From contig JAZDKB010000019.1 in assembly GCA_043803405.1 (NCBI GenBank), positions 288,001-352,000 on the forward strand: 64,000 bases of DNA. Reading direction: 5' to 3'. A program made the translations under genes and the position numbers. The notes under the pieces are model-generated. The model made no database searches and was not told where the DNA came from. It worked only from the letters and a program-made list of their open reading frames with translations. Source of the stretch: Spirochaetota bacterium (lineage in GTDB: Bacteria; Spirochaetota; UBA4802; JAFGDQ01). The number at the start of each line of letters is the position of its first letter. Within the stretch, counting starts at the first letter, position 1. Of this stretch, positions 50,474 to 60,373 are shown one piece after another.

Positions 50474-51133
50474 ATGATTTTTAAATTTAAAAGGTCATTT
50501 TTATTTTTAACAGCTCTCTCTCTTTTCGTTTTTTCAATCGGATGTTCAACACTGGAAGTAAGCGTTCAGAAGGCATCACCCAAACTTCAGAAAGATGCAA
50601 AAATAGCATATTTTAAAACCCCGTTTTGCGATATGGATTTACCGATTTTTCCTTTAATTGATGCAGGTATATTAAGAAGCAAAATAAATGATAATATTTC
50701 CAAATTTAAGGAAGCTGATAAAACCTCTGAAGGCAAAATGGCAGATTTTGCCATAAAATGCATTAAGGAAAAAATCGGAAATCAGTCAGTCATTACAGGA
50801 ACCCCTATTGATGCGAATGATTTTAATATTATGGATAATATCAATTCAAAGATCGAAGCAAAAATTGCCGAAGAATGTCAAAAGGCCAATGCTGCGTATG
50901 CCTATATTCCGATTAGTAGAATGAAAGTAAAAAATGTTTATAATTACGTTGGAGGAATAACATACTTTGAGACAAAGATTTATGTCTGCGATAAGAACGG
51001 AAAAATAATCGGCCAGGGATATGTTTCAACTGAGGCTTTATTAATGTATTCTGATGATTTAAATACATATCAGCTCCTCATTAAAAACAGCGAACCGCTT
51101 ATAAAGCAGCTTATAGGCCAGATGTTTCAGTAA
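50474..51133 (+). CDS. Hypothetical lipoprotein
   Basis: aggagg RBS; signal peptide ending SIGC. Confidence 0.8.
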   Translation: MIFKFKRSFLFLTALSLFVFSIGCSTLEVSVQKASPKLQKDAKIAYFKTPFCDMDLPIFPLIDAGILRSKINDNISKFKEADKTSEGKMADFAIKCIKEKIGNQSVITGTPIDANDFNIMDNINSKIEAKIAEECQKANAAYAYIPISRMKVKNVYNYVGGITYFETKIYVCDKNGKIIGQGYVSTEALLMYSDDLNTYQLLIKNSEPLIKQLIGQMFQ

Positions 51134-51166
51134 GATAGTTAACACAAAATTTTAATAAACAAATAA

Positions 51167-51202
51167 GCAAGACCTGCTTTTAATCGGCAGGTCTTGTAAT
51201 TT
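51167..51202 (+). terminator. Probable terminator hairpin
   Basis: caagacctgc / gcaggtcttg stem after the lipoprotein stop; weak T tail. Confidence 0.6.
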
Positions 51203-51233
51203 CAGTGACATCCTTTATATAAAATTGCGGATT

Positions 51234-51674
51234 ATGACAGTTAAACTTATATTTTTATTTATAATAATAGCTTTTTCGTTTTCATTCAATTGCAGTGAAG
51301 ATAAAGAAACGCACAAAGCGGTTGTTTCTTTTCAAATACAGAAAGAGAAGGAAATAAGCGAAAAGGATGCGGCATTGTATGCCGGTGAATATGACAAAAT
51401 ACAAAATTCTATGGAAAATATTATTAAAAATAATTTCAATAGTCCGGATAAAGCGGCAGAACTATTGATAAATCTCACAAAAAAGTCCGTTGTTTTAGGA
51501 AGGGAAATTTCGAATTGTTCTCAAAAAAGCAATAACAGAATACTTAAGCATTTAAAGAAAAAAGCAATCGATGATGATGTGTTGAAGAAAACAATGAAGA
51601 TGTACAATGAAAATAAAAAATTTGCAAAAGCATATAACAGCTTTGTGCAGTCATTCAGCAGAAGCGCCGAGTAG
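51234..51674 (+). CDS. Hypothetical lipoprotein
   Basis: Hydrophobic N-terminus ending FSFNC (spirochaetal lipobox-like). Confidence 0.7.
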   Translation: MTVKLIFLFIIIAFSFSFNCSEDKETHKAVVSFQIQKEKEISEKDAALYAGEYDKIQNSMENIIKNNFNSPDKAAELLINLTKKSVVLGREISNCSQKSNNRILKHLKKKAIDDDVLKKTMKMYNENKKFAKAYNSFVQSFSRSAE

Positions 51675-51694
51675 GTATCTCTTCAGTATCCACG

Positions 51695-52234
51695 TTAGCG
51701 GTGATGGCGATGCCTGTAATACGGGTAACTCCGGTACGGGTAACCCCACCACGGATCATAAAAGGGATATGGCGTATCATAAAAGTATGTGTCTCTCCAC
51801 AGGTAAATCTCTTTGCTTAGAACAACCGGATACCTGTAACCGACCTCTCCGATTTGTCTGATCTCTTCGCCAAGGATCTCACCGCCGACTGTAATTTTTC
51901 TGCCCTTTCTATAAGCGTACGGATCGAGAAATTTATCGGATTTAATCAGGAACCTCCCTTCCGATTCAGATGATAGATCGGGTGCGTCGTTTAAATCGAG
52001 CGGCTTCTGGTATACCTCAAGCAGGCTTGTGCCGTCCTGTTTGTTTACGCATTCAATGATCTCGCCGCCCCATACTACGGTCCGACCCTTGTGGGAACCG
52101 GCATCTCTGGCAATATCAAGAAAAGAAAGGGAAGGATTTGTTCTGGATTTAATTTCCTGCGAAATTACTGTAGCGCATCCGAAAGGAAATGCAAAGATTA
52201 TTATGATAAAGCTATATTTAAGTAAATTCTGCAT
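51695..52234 (-). CDS. Slp family outer membrane lipoprotein
   Basis: FGCA lipobox, VVWGGEI, SEGRF, FLDP..Y.KGR.ITV, YRYPV motifs. Confidence 0.9.
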   Translation of the reverse strand: MQNLLKYSFIIIIFAFPFGCATVISQEIKSRTNPSLSFLDIARDAGSHKGRTVVWGGEIIECVNKQDGTSLLEVYQKPLDLNDAPDLSSESEGRFLIKSDKFLDPYAYRKGRKITVGGEILGEEIRQIGEVGYRYPVVLSKEIYLWRDTYFYDTPYPFYDPWWGYPYRSYPYYRHRHHR

Positions 52235-52296
52235 TACAAATACCCCGGCATGTTAAAGATATATGTATGATAAAAACTTTTTAATAAAATCATATT

Positions 52297-52337
52297 TAAT
52301 CTCTTAGGGTTAAATTCCCCGCAGCTATGCTGTGAGG
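52297..52337. repeat. Short palindromic element related to 55612-55694
   Basis: taatctcttagggttaaattccccgcagct resembles the reverse complement of 55655-55694. Confidence 0.6.
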
Positions 52338-52402
52338 AGGATTCAATATGCGTGTCCTGTAACCTCTATAACGCAACAAACGAATTTAGTACAGCTTTTT
52401 AT

Positions 52403-52502
52403 TTCAACGCCTTGAAACATAATATCCCGCAGATACTGTCAGGGGTATGTCCAATGTCATTACCTTAATGACATTGGGGGCTTGCCACTGGGAATTTTAT
52501 TT
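52403..52502. repeat. ~100 bp hairpin element with conserved ends, copy 2
   Basis: Ends shared with 9992-10093; internal hairpin ccaatgtcatta-cct-taatgacattgg. Confidence 0.7.
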
Positions 52503-52611
52503 GAATTAGATGAGCTTTCTAAAACCGCAAAAAATCCAATTGACTTTTTAAATTCCTTTTATCAATATTTCTCCCAATCAATCTTAATACTTTATTTTAC
52601 AGGAGTATCAC

Positions 52612-53337
52612 ATGTTATTACGCAACCTTAGCCGCTATTTTATTATTTCCGTGTTTGCGCTCTCATTTATATTCACCGGACAACAATTCTCTTTTTCGCA
52701 GGGAACAGCGCCCGCGAAAACGAAGGCAGTGGAAACGCCTGCCGCGGCTGCTGTAAAGACCGCTGCCGTACCCACTGACGCCGACCTTCAGGCGGATGCG
52801 GACGCAAAGGCGAAAGCCGCTGCCGAAGCTAAAGCCGATTACGATGCGAAAGCGAAAATTACTGCGGATTCCAAAGCGGATTACGATGCAAAAGCAAAAG
52901 TAGCTGCTGCTGCGAAAGCGGATTACGAAGCAAAAGCGAAAATTTCCGGCAAGGCAAAAGCCGACTTTAACGCAAAATCAAGATCAGCAGATGATGCTAA
53001 ACTGAAGATTACCGCCAGGGCAAAAGCAAAGACCGCTGCCGAAGCGAAAGAAAAAGCTGCAATCGCTGCAAAGGCAAAAGCCGAAGAGAACGCAAAGAAA
53101 AAAGCGGAGGCCGACGCAAAGAGAAAGGCTGCCGCAGAAGCCAGGAAAAAAGCTGAAGAAGAAGCGAAAGTAAAAGCAGACGCAGCGGCAAAGGCTAAAG
53201 CCGAAGCTAAAAAGAAAGCAGCCGAAGAAGCAAAAGCCAAAGCCGAGGCTGCGGCAAAGGCTAAAGCCGACGCGGATGCAAAGAAGAAAGCGGATGCAGA
53301 CGCAAAGATAAAAACAGAGCCGGAGCCAAAGAAATAA
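52612..53337 (+). CDS. Exported Ala/Lys-rich low-complexity helical protein (TolA-like composition)
   Basis: aggag RBS, signal peptide, KADYDAKAK and AEAKKKA repeats. Confidence 0.85.
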   Translation: MLLRNLSRYFIISVFALSFIFTGQQFSFSQGTAPAKTKAVETPAAAAVKTAAVPTDADLQADADAKAKAAAEAKADYDAKAKITADSKADYDAKAKVAAAAKADYEAKAKISGKAKADFNAKSRSADDAKLKITARAKAKTAAEAKEKAAIAAKAKAEENAKKKAEADAKRKAAAEARKKAEEEAKVKADAAAKAKAEAKKKAAEEAKAKAEAAAKAKADADAKKKADADAKIKTEPEPKK

Positions 53338-53380
53338 CCGGACAAAAAGCATGGGCAGTTTAAGTAATGATTAGTATAGA

Positions 53381-53460
53381 GTCATTTCGAACGAATGTGA
53401 GAAATCTCCTGATTAAGTGTAAAAATAGATTTTTCAGCCCCTATCGTTCCTTCGAAATGC
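53381..53460. repeat. GTCATT...AATG palindromic repeat, copy 2
   Basis: gtcatttcgaacgaatgtgagaaatct...agattttt...ttcgaaatgc. Confidence 0.7.
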
Positions 53461-53537
53461 TAATTCAATCGTAAACTGTCATAGTATCACAATTCAAAAA
53501 ACATAATTTTCAATTTTGAACCAAGAGATCACCTTGT

Positions 53538-55562
53538 ATGCCTAAAAGAAAAATTCAAATTGAAGTATATCCCCTGCGCTTAAATTTAAAAACCGTAATC
53601 CGTCACGCCTCCGCGACAAGACACGAGGGCGAGAGTATCTGGGTTCATGTAACCAGAGACGGGATCGAGGGATTCGGCGAGGGCTGCCCCAGAACTTATT
53701 CTGCGGGGGATGACCTTGAATCAAGTGTTGCCTGGATAAATAACGAATTTATCAATAAACACGAATGCCCTGAATCGCTGGATGAACTGAAAGCATGGAT
53801 AAAAAATAACAGTTCTCAAATAGACATATATCCTTCCGCCTGGTGCGCGCTTGAAATGGCATTGCTTGATCTTTTCGCAAGGGAAAAAAAATGCAGCGTT
53901 GAAGAATGCCTGGGTCTCAAGGATTATAAACGTTCGGGACGCTATTCGGCAGTTATCCCTGACAGTAAAATATGGGAGTACACTGCAATAGCAGATAAAT
54001 CTCTTATTCGCGGAATAACTGACTTTAAAATTAAATTAAAAGGAAAACCGGAAAAAGACCGTCAGAAGCTGGATATTTTATTTGATTTAAGCAGGCAGCA
54101 CGGAATTAAAAATATTAGAATTCGCCTGGATGCGAATAATTTATGGAAAGGAAAAAGCGAAGAAGCAATTGAGTATATTAAAAATTTAGGTACGTCAATT
54201 TTCGCGGTTGAAGAACCTGTCGGCCCCCGCGATATTGAAGACATTAAGAAAGTAAGCATTGAAACCGGCCTGCCGGTCATTTTAGATGAAAGCATCTGCA
54301 CTTTAAATGATCTTTCACAATATAAAAGCCTTTCCGGCAAATATATCGCAAATATAAAAATCTCGCGTGTAGGCGGTATCCTTCGCGCCTTTGAAATGAT
54401 TGATGAATTAAAAGAAATGAACTGGCCTGTCATAATAGGCAGCCATGTCGGCGAAACGTCTTTACTTACGCGGGCGGCACTGATTATTGCTTCATATACA
54501 GGGGAAAGCCTCATTGCTCATGAAGGCGCCTTTGGCGATTATTTAGTCGAATGTGAACCTGCAGAACCAATGCTTAAATTCGGCCGTTACGGATTACTGG
54601 ATTTATCCAATACTTATTTCTTAAAAAATGTTCAGGGATTAAAATCAATACCTCCGGAAAACTGGAATACCGGATTCGGAATGGACTGCCGCGTTCCGGG
54701 AAATATTATCAACGATACTTCTGAGATAAATTACATAATAACCCGGGATAATTACAAAATTCATTATCGTACATGGGGTAAAAAAACAGGAGATGATGTT
54801 ATTTTGATTCTGCACGGCGGCATGAGCCATTCTCTCTGGCAGGCGCCCCTTGCGGATAAAATACTTTTAAAAGCGCCCGGCGTGACTGTTGCCGCGGCCG
54901 ACAGAAGGGGATGCGGCTTGAACGAAGGCCGCGGAGACCTGTATGCCGTACAGACCCTGATTGATGACCTTGTTTTGCAGATCGATCATTTAAAGAAATC
55001 ATTTAAACGTATCCACCTTGCAGGCTGGTGCCAGGGCGCGCAATACGCGTCGGTTGCAGCGGAAAAAAAACATAATGAACTCTCAAGCCTTATATTGCTG
55101 ACACCCGGATTTTTCTGGAACGACAGGTTCCGGTCGGTTCTGAGAATCAGTGAAAAATTTCTAATGGATATGATCGATGAATTCGGATTATCGCCCGAAC
55201 GCGACCGTGCGTGTATTCCCCTGCCTATGGAAGCTGCCGACTTTACGCTCGATATGAAATGGCATGATTTTATTGAATCAGACACCCTTAAAACGAAAAT
55301 GATTACTTTAAAATCAGCCAGTATCATGGACGAAATTCAGGAGCTTTCATGGTATGCAATTCAGAATAACCGGCTGCCCCTGCTCGCAATACTGGCGGAA
55401 AACGACCGTATTGTTGACAATAACAAAGTCATGCAGTTTATCGGCCACAAGTTTTCATCCGATAAACATAACAGGCAGATTTCAGTAAATACCGGCCATG
55501 CAATCCACTTTGAAAAAGCCGATGAAGTTGCCGATGCGATATTAGAATTTATCACGCAGTGA
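53538..55562 (+). CDS. Fusion of enolase-superfamily (muconate lactonising/dipeptide epimerase subgroup) domain and alpha/beta hydrolase
   Basis: GFGE, KIK, DAN, EEP, DES, NIKISRVGG; then LHGG, DRRGCG, GWCQG, ENDRIV, GH. Confidence 0.88.
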   Translation: MPKRKIQIEVYPLRLNLKTVIRHASATRHEGESIWVHVTRDGIEGFGEGCPRTYSAGDDLESSVAWINNEFINKHECPESLDELKAWIKNNSSQIDIYPSAWCALEMALLDLFAREKKCSVEECLGLKDYKRSGRYSAVIPDSKIWEYTAIADKSLIRGITDFKIKLKGKPEKDRQKLDILFDLSRQHGIKNIRIRLDANNLWKGKSEEAIEYIKNLGTSIFAVEEPVGPRDIEDIKKVSIETGLPVILDESICTLNDLSQYKSLSGKYIANIKISRVGGILRAFEMIDELKEMNWPVIIGSHVGETSLLTRAALIIASYTGESLIAHEGAFGDYLVECEPAEPMLKFGRYGLLDLSNTYFLKNVQGLKSIPPENWNTGFGMDCRVPGNIINDTSEINYIITRDNYKIHYRTWGKKTGDDVILILHGGMSHSLWQAPLADKILLKAPGVTVAAADRRGCGLNEGRGDLYAVQTLIDDLVLQIDHLKKSFKRIHLAGWCQGAQYASVAAEKKHNELSSLILLTPGFFWNDRFRSVLRISEKFLMDMIDEFGLSPERDRACIPLPMEAADFTLDMKWHDFIESDTLKTKMITLKSASIMDEIQELSWYAIQNNRLPLLAILAENDRIVDNNKVMQFIGHKFSSDKHNRQISVNTGHAIHFEKADEVADAILEFITQ

Positions 55563-55611
55563 GCCGGTGTTTTCGTTCAATACAAATGCTCCTATTCTGG
55601 ATAAAATGAAC

Positions 55612-55694
55612 TACCCCGCCGCAAGTAGCGGGGTATCAAAAAGTTAGAAAAGTTTTCTGCGGCAAGCCGCGGGGAATTATACTAAAAGTGATTA
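55612..55694. repeat. Double-hairpin REP-like element between convergent genes
   Basis: taccccgccgcaagtagcggggta and ctgcggcaagccgcggggaattatactaaaagtgatta. Confidence 0.7.
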
Positions 55695-57041
55695 AAAGTG
55701 GTCAGGATATTCCCAGTAATAATGAGAATTCCTCCATCCTTTTTTATAACTTTTGTTGTATTTGCAGACAGATACAAAATTGGTCAAATTTTTAAGGCTA
55801 AATAGTGATTTAACCAAACGATACTGATATGTTGGAAAAGAGTAAATGTGTTTTTTTATATAATTGCACCCAATATATATAGTGTCCAGATTTGTTCCTT
55901 TTGGTTGATGAACCACATAAGAAAATCTGTACTTGTCCCAGTCTTCTGGAAAATTTTTGTGGATGAGACGGTCTTCCGCTACCAGTTGATCCATTAACCC
56001 TGTCCCTGGAAGTGGAGTCAACATTGTAATCTGAATAATGTCCACTCCCAAATCGACAAGAAAGTCGGCAAATTCTTTATAATAAAATGACGATTCGTAA
56101 TCGTTTCCGATAATAAATGCCCCTAATACAGCTATTCCGTATTTGTGGAAAGCATCTATAACTCTTTTGTAGTTTTCTATCCCTACCTTAAGATTAATCC
56201 CTTTTCGCATGTTTTTGAGCATTTCAGCCTTCATTGTCTCAAAACCGATAAAAACGAACATGCAGCCGGATTGTGCTGCCAATTCGATTATACGTTCATT
56301 CGTACTGGCATTGATTGAAGTCTGCATCCACCATTTTTTTCTGATATTCCTGCCCAGCATTCCCTCGAGCAGTTTGATGGCTCTCTTGTAATTTTCTTCA
56401 CTATAACCTATAAGATTGTCATCGACAAAAGTAAAGTACTTGCCCTTGATCCCTTCCAACTCATTGAGGACAGAGTCAATGTTTCTCTGGCGAAATTTCT
56501 GTCCAAGATACCTCGATACTGAACAAAAATGGCAGTCAAAGGGGCAACCCCGGGAAGTTTGAACGGAATGCCAGAAATAGGCTGGATGGAGCAGGTCATG
56601 TCTCGGATTGATATTAACTTCGGATAAATTCAGTTGCGGCCCTAAGTATCTGTCTGCCAGTGTATTGTTTTCGAGATCATCTATAACCTGTCCCCAGATG
56701 CCTTCCGCTTCACCAACCAATACACTGTCAGCGTATTGAAGGATTTCATCGGGAAGCATGGAGGCATGAATGCCACCCATGATGACCTTGATATTTCTTG
56801 CACGATATAATCCTGCAATTTCATAGGCACGGGTTATGTTGCTGGTAAAGGCAGTTATGCCAACCAGATCGGCTTCTTCGAATTCAAATTTGTCGAAGTT
56901 TTCATCAATTATTTTTATTTCCCAGTTATCAGGTGTCACAGCCGCAACACAGGCAAGACTCAATGGCGGGAATGTGGCAGATCTGCTGAGAAGAATACCG
57001 CTTCTGCGGCCTACCGGGTTTATCAACAACAGTTTTTTCAT
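55692..57041 (-). CDS. Cobalamin-binding domain radical SAM protein
   Basis: PPLSL, DLVGIT, GGIHAS, GEAE B12 domain; SRGCPFDCHFC; GFE, TPLPGT. Confidence 0.94.
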   Translation of the reverse strand: MKKLLLINPVGRRSGILLSRSATFPPLSLACVAAVTPDNWEIKIIDENFDKFEFEEADLVGITAFTSNITRAYEIAGLYRARNIKVIMGGIHASMLPDEILQYADSVLVGEAEGIWGQVIDDLENNTLADRYLGPQLNLSEVNINPRHDLLHPAYFWHSVQTSRGCPFDCHFCSVSRYLGQKFRQRNIDSVLNELEGIKGKYFTFVDDNLIGYSEENYKRAIKLLEGMLGRNIRKKWWMQTSINASTNERIIELAAQSGCMFVFIGFETMKAEMLKNMRKGINLKVGIENYKRVIDAFHKYGIAVLGAFIIGNDYESSFYYKEFADFLVDLGVDIIQITMLTPLPGTGLMDQLVAEDRLIHKNFPEDWDKYRFSYVVHQPKGTNLDTIYIGCNYIKKHIYSFPTYQYRLVKSLFSLKNLTNFVSVCKYNKSYKKGWRNSHYYWEYPDHF

Positions 57042-60000
57042 TACAATGTAGCTTTTCCCTTTTCCCCTGCTATCTTATTAAGAATGCGGAAAATATTGTC
57101 TGCTTTGAAGGGCTTTTTTAAAAAATCATAAACACCTTTATTCTGGTATTCATTCTCATTTCCGTCAAGTTTCCCGGTCATAAAGACAACAGGTACTTCT
57201 CTGTTTACCTGTTTTAATTCTTCAAATACCTGCTCTCCGTTGATGATTGGCATCAGAATATCGAGAAACACTACATCCGGGCAGAATTCGTTGAAAATCC
57301 GTGCCGCCTTCCTGCCGTCTTTCTCGGCAATAATATTATTAAAGCCACCCTTTTTTAATGTCAGCATCATTAAATTTATTACTTCTTCTTCATCGTCAAT
57401 AATCATAATTTTAATATTTTTTGATATTTCAATATGCATATCTGTCTTATTAAAGGTTTTTTTTACTTTTATTATTTCGTTTCCTTCAGGGAACGGCAGT
57501 TTCATTATGAATGTTGCTCCCTTACCCTCCTCACTCTCAACCGATATTGTAGCATTATGCTGTTTGATAATAGTGTGTGTAACCGATAGGCCAAGCCCTG
57601 TGCCGGTTATACCGAGATCGTCCTTTGCGTACGCGCCCTTGGTTGAAAAGAAAGGATCGAAAATTTTATTCATTGTCTCTCTGCTCATTCCAATGCCGGT
57701 GTCGGAAAATCTGATCTCAAGATGCCTGTCCGTATCCTTTACCGATATGATGATATTTCCACGGCCCTTGGGCTTTATGGCATGAATGGAATTGATCAGT
57801 AAATTTAAAAAGACCTGTCCCATCTGATCCCTGTCGAACAATACATCCGAGTGTTCCCCGAATTCCAGCCTCACATCAATATTTTCCAGCTGTGTCTGCT
57901 TTTTCTGAAGTTTTACGGTCTCCTTTATAACATCAGTTATATCCTGTATCGCAAAGTCGGGATCTTTGGGTGTTGCGAATACAGACAATTTATTAATAAT
58001 GCCGCTTCCCCGCTTTGTGGATTTTTCGATTTGCTGCAGAGATTCTTTAATATCTGCTGCAATGGACTCCTCATCCAGTATAAGCTGCGCGTGGCCAAGT
58101 ATCACATGCAGAATATTATTAAATTCGTGGGCTACACCTGACGCAAGCTGGCCAACGGCCGACAGCTTTGCTGACTGGAATAACTGCTCTTGAAGGGTTT
58201 TGCGCTCCTGTTCAAGTTCGATGTTGTACAGGGCGAACGCGATCTCATCTGCCACTTCTTTTAACAGACGGGGCTCTTCATTATTAGATATAAAATCAGG
58301 TTTTAAGGCAACGGACATTATCCCGTATGTTTTATCATCATACTTCAGCCTGTTTAACATCCTTAATGTTTTACAGTATTTGCTTTTAAACCCGCAATCG
58401 CCGCATTTAATGTCCGGGTTATCAATTACAACCGTATCCGGCTCGGACAACGCCTTTTCGCAGCAGCCCGGCATAACATCATTCCTGAATTTCTCAGTAA
58501 AAACCCGGAAATCTTCCGTAAAGCCGGATTCGAATGCCCGGCTGAATTTGCCCTTTTCATCAAAAAGAACAATCCATGCTTCACCATGGCCGTTGGTTAA
58601 AGCGAGCTTGTCGCAAATATCTTTCATCAGCCTGTCGCTGTCCTTCTCGTGAGTGATAAGGTGGTCTATATTCAGTATGGCAAGAAGGACTTCATTAAGG
58701 TGCTTAATCTTTTCCTCGTGCCTTTTTAGTTCGGCAAACGATCTCGCATTGTTTATGCTTATTCCTATCTGCTGTGCTATGCCGGAGAGGAGGTTCATGT
58801 CGCTTATATTGAGAGGCCTTCTGCTGCCTGCGTTGTCAATAGCCAGAATTCCCAGCGGCTTTTCCTTATATGCAATAGGCACTGTAATAAAGCTTTTTGT
58901 GCCGATTTGATCTACAAATTCTTTGCTGCGCGGCGACATGTCATTAATTATATCATTAATATCGTTGATGAGAAAAGGTTTCTGCTCTTTAAACGTCCTA
59001 ACAAATATTCCTTTTGATTTTGGCCTGTTCAAATGGAACTCAGTATTCTTTAATATCTCTTCCTTTGCCGGGTCATATCCATAACCTGCTTTGTAAACGA
59101 GCTTGCTTGCGTTATCATCTGCAAGCAGAATAATTCCACTGTCAAAATCCGTTCTTTTTTCCAGTATCTCCATTATTGATGCAAACAAATCATCCATGTC
59201 CAGTATTGACGATATGGCCTGGCCTATCTCCTGAATAAGCAGGGCATTATTGAAGCGATTATTAATTTCTTCCAGAAGCTGTTCCGCTGTATTTCCCTGC
59301 GATTCAGAGGCGCGTATAAGTTCTTTATTTTTTTTCCGCTCATAATAATTTGATAAGCCAAGAACAGCGCCTGAACAAAGCAAAAAAGTTATAAAAGAAT
59401 AAAGGACAGGTAAAAATATAAACGAGGTTATTGATAAGAGTACAGCGAAAAGAGATAAATAATTGCGTATCAGCTTCAATTGAAATGACGCAGGCTTATC
59501 CCATGATACTATATATTTGCAATATTCATCGCCTTTATGTATACATAATGGATGTTCAATATTTGAAAATTTATTATTAAACATCGTCGGTACTGCTTCA
59601 AACAAGCCAAGCCGGGCCTCGCATTGATATGGCTTTTCCATGACATCTTTTTCCGGACGCGCACTTATTTCCACTTTATTATGGCCGAGTTTGCGCGTCT
59701 TTACCGTGCCGCCTCGTGTAAGTTTGGAGCTTATATGGCCGGCTGATGAGTAAGCTGCCTCAACTGTAATAAAACCCAACATATACTGACGAATAAGGTT
59801 ATAGGAGCCTGATTTTGATGCAAATCTGCCTGTTTCCCGTGATATATTTACATTCCCTGTCTTTTTCACTAAAATTTCATGAAAAAGATCCGACTGCCTC
59901 TGGGTATACCAGTATCCCAGATCCTCTAATTCATGCAAAGAAATTTCCGCATACTCAAGCAGTGAATTAATATCAACATCGGGATAATGCTTTTTGATAA

Positions 60001-60052
60001 AATTAATATAGGTAATTATCATTCGGATATTATATAAATGAGGGGCATTCAT
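57041..60052 (-). CDS. Hybrid sensor histidine kinase (V4R-like N-terminus, TM, GAF, GAF-like, HisKA, HATPase, REC)
   Basis: EHPLCIHKGDEYC V4R-like; AHEFNN H-box; DTGIGM, FDPFFSTK, GTGLGL; IIDDE, LDILMP, KPF receiver. Confidence 0.92.
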   Translation of the reverse strand: MNAPHLYNIRMIITYINFIKKHYPDVDINSLLEYAEISLHELEDLGYWYTQRQSDLFHEILVKKTGNVNISRETGRFASKSGSYNLIRQYMLGFITVEAAYSSAGHISSKLTRGGTVKTRKLGHNKVEISARPEKDVMEKPYQCEARLGLFEAVPTMFNNKFSNIEHPLCIHKGDEYCKYIVSWDKPASFQLKLIRNYLSLFAVLLSITSFIFLPVLYSFITFLLCSGAVLGLSNYYERKKNKELIRASESQGNTAEQLLEEINNRFNNALLIQEIGQAISSILDMDDLFASIMEILEKRTDFDSGIILLADDNASKLVYKAGYGYDPAKEEILKNTEFHLNRPKSKGIFVRTFKEQKPFLINDINDIINDMSPRSKEFVDQIGTKSFITVPIAYKEKPLGILAIDNAGSRRPLNISDMNLLSGIAQQIGISINNARSFAELKRHEEKIKHLNEVLLAILNIDHLITHEKDSDRLMKDICDKLALTNGHGEAWIVLFDEKGKFSRAFESGFTEDFRVFTEKFRNDVMPGCCEKALSEPDTVVIDNPDIKCGDCGFKSKYCKTLRMLNRLKYDDKTYGIMSVALKPDFISNNEEPRLLKEVADEIAFALYNIELEQERKTLQEQLFQSAKLSAVGQLASGVAHEFNNILHVILGHAQLILDEESIAADIKESLQQIEKSTKRGSGIINKLSVFATPKDPDFAIQDITDVIKETVKLQKKQTQLENIDVRLEFGEHSDVLFDRDQMGQVFLNLLINSIHAIKPKGRGNIIISVKDTDRHLEIRFSDTGIGMSRETMNKIFDPFFSTKGAYAKDDLGITGTGLGLSVTHTIIKQHNATISVESEEGKGATFIMKLPFPEGNEIIKVKKTFNKTDMHIEISKNIKIMIIDDEEEVINLMMLTLKKGGFNNIIAEKDGRKAARIFNEFCPDVVFLDILMPIINGEQVFEELKQVNREVPVVFMTGKLDGNENEYQNKGVYDFLKKPFKADNIFRILNKIAGEKGKATL

Positions 60053-60373
60053 TTTTTATTACTTCTTACCTCTCTAGATTAAAGGCCATGAACCCATGAA
60101 ATTACTTCCAAAACAGTAAGTAATAAATGAATCCTAATTTAAATAAAAAATTCTTACTGTCTACTTTTTTGGAGCAAAGTCAAAATGACTCATAAGTGAG
60201 TGACATTATAACGCAAAGGTTAAAAAATTCAAATAAAAAAACGGGTATTGAAAATTTATGTATATAACGTAGTATAAAATATTCTTAGGAGAAACTGGAT
60301 TCCTAGATATCAATTTTGTTATTAGTTAAATTTCTTCTATCTTTATCCACACAAGTGTGCGCTGTATGTATTA

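Noticed and set aside
52923..53352. Antisense ORFs rich in Ala/Phe/Ser or Cys
   Set aside because: Shadows of the low-complexity plus-strand gene
60343..60351. Perfect DnaA box TTATCCACA
   Set aside because: Single isolated 9-mer, compatible with chance in 64 kb of AT-rich DNA
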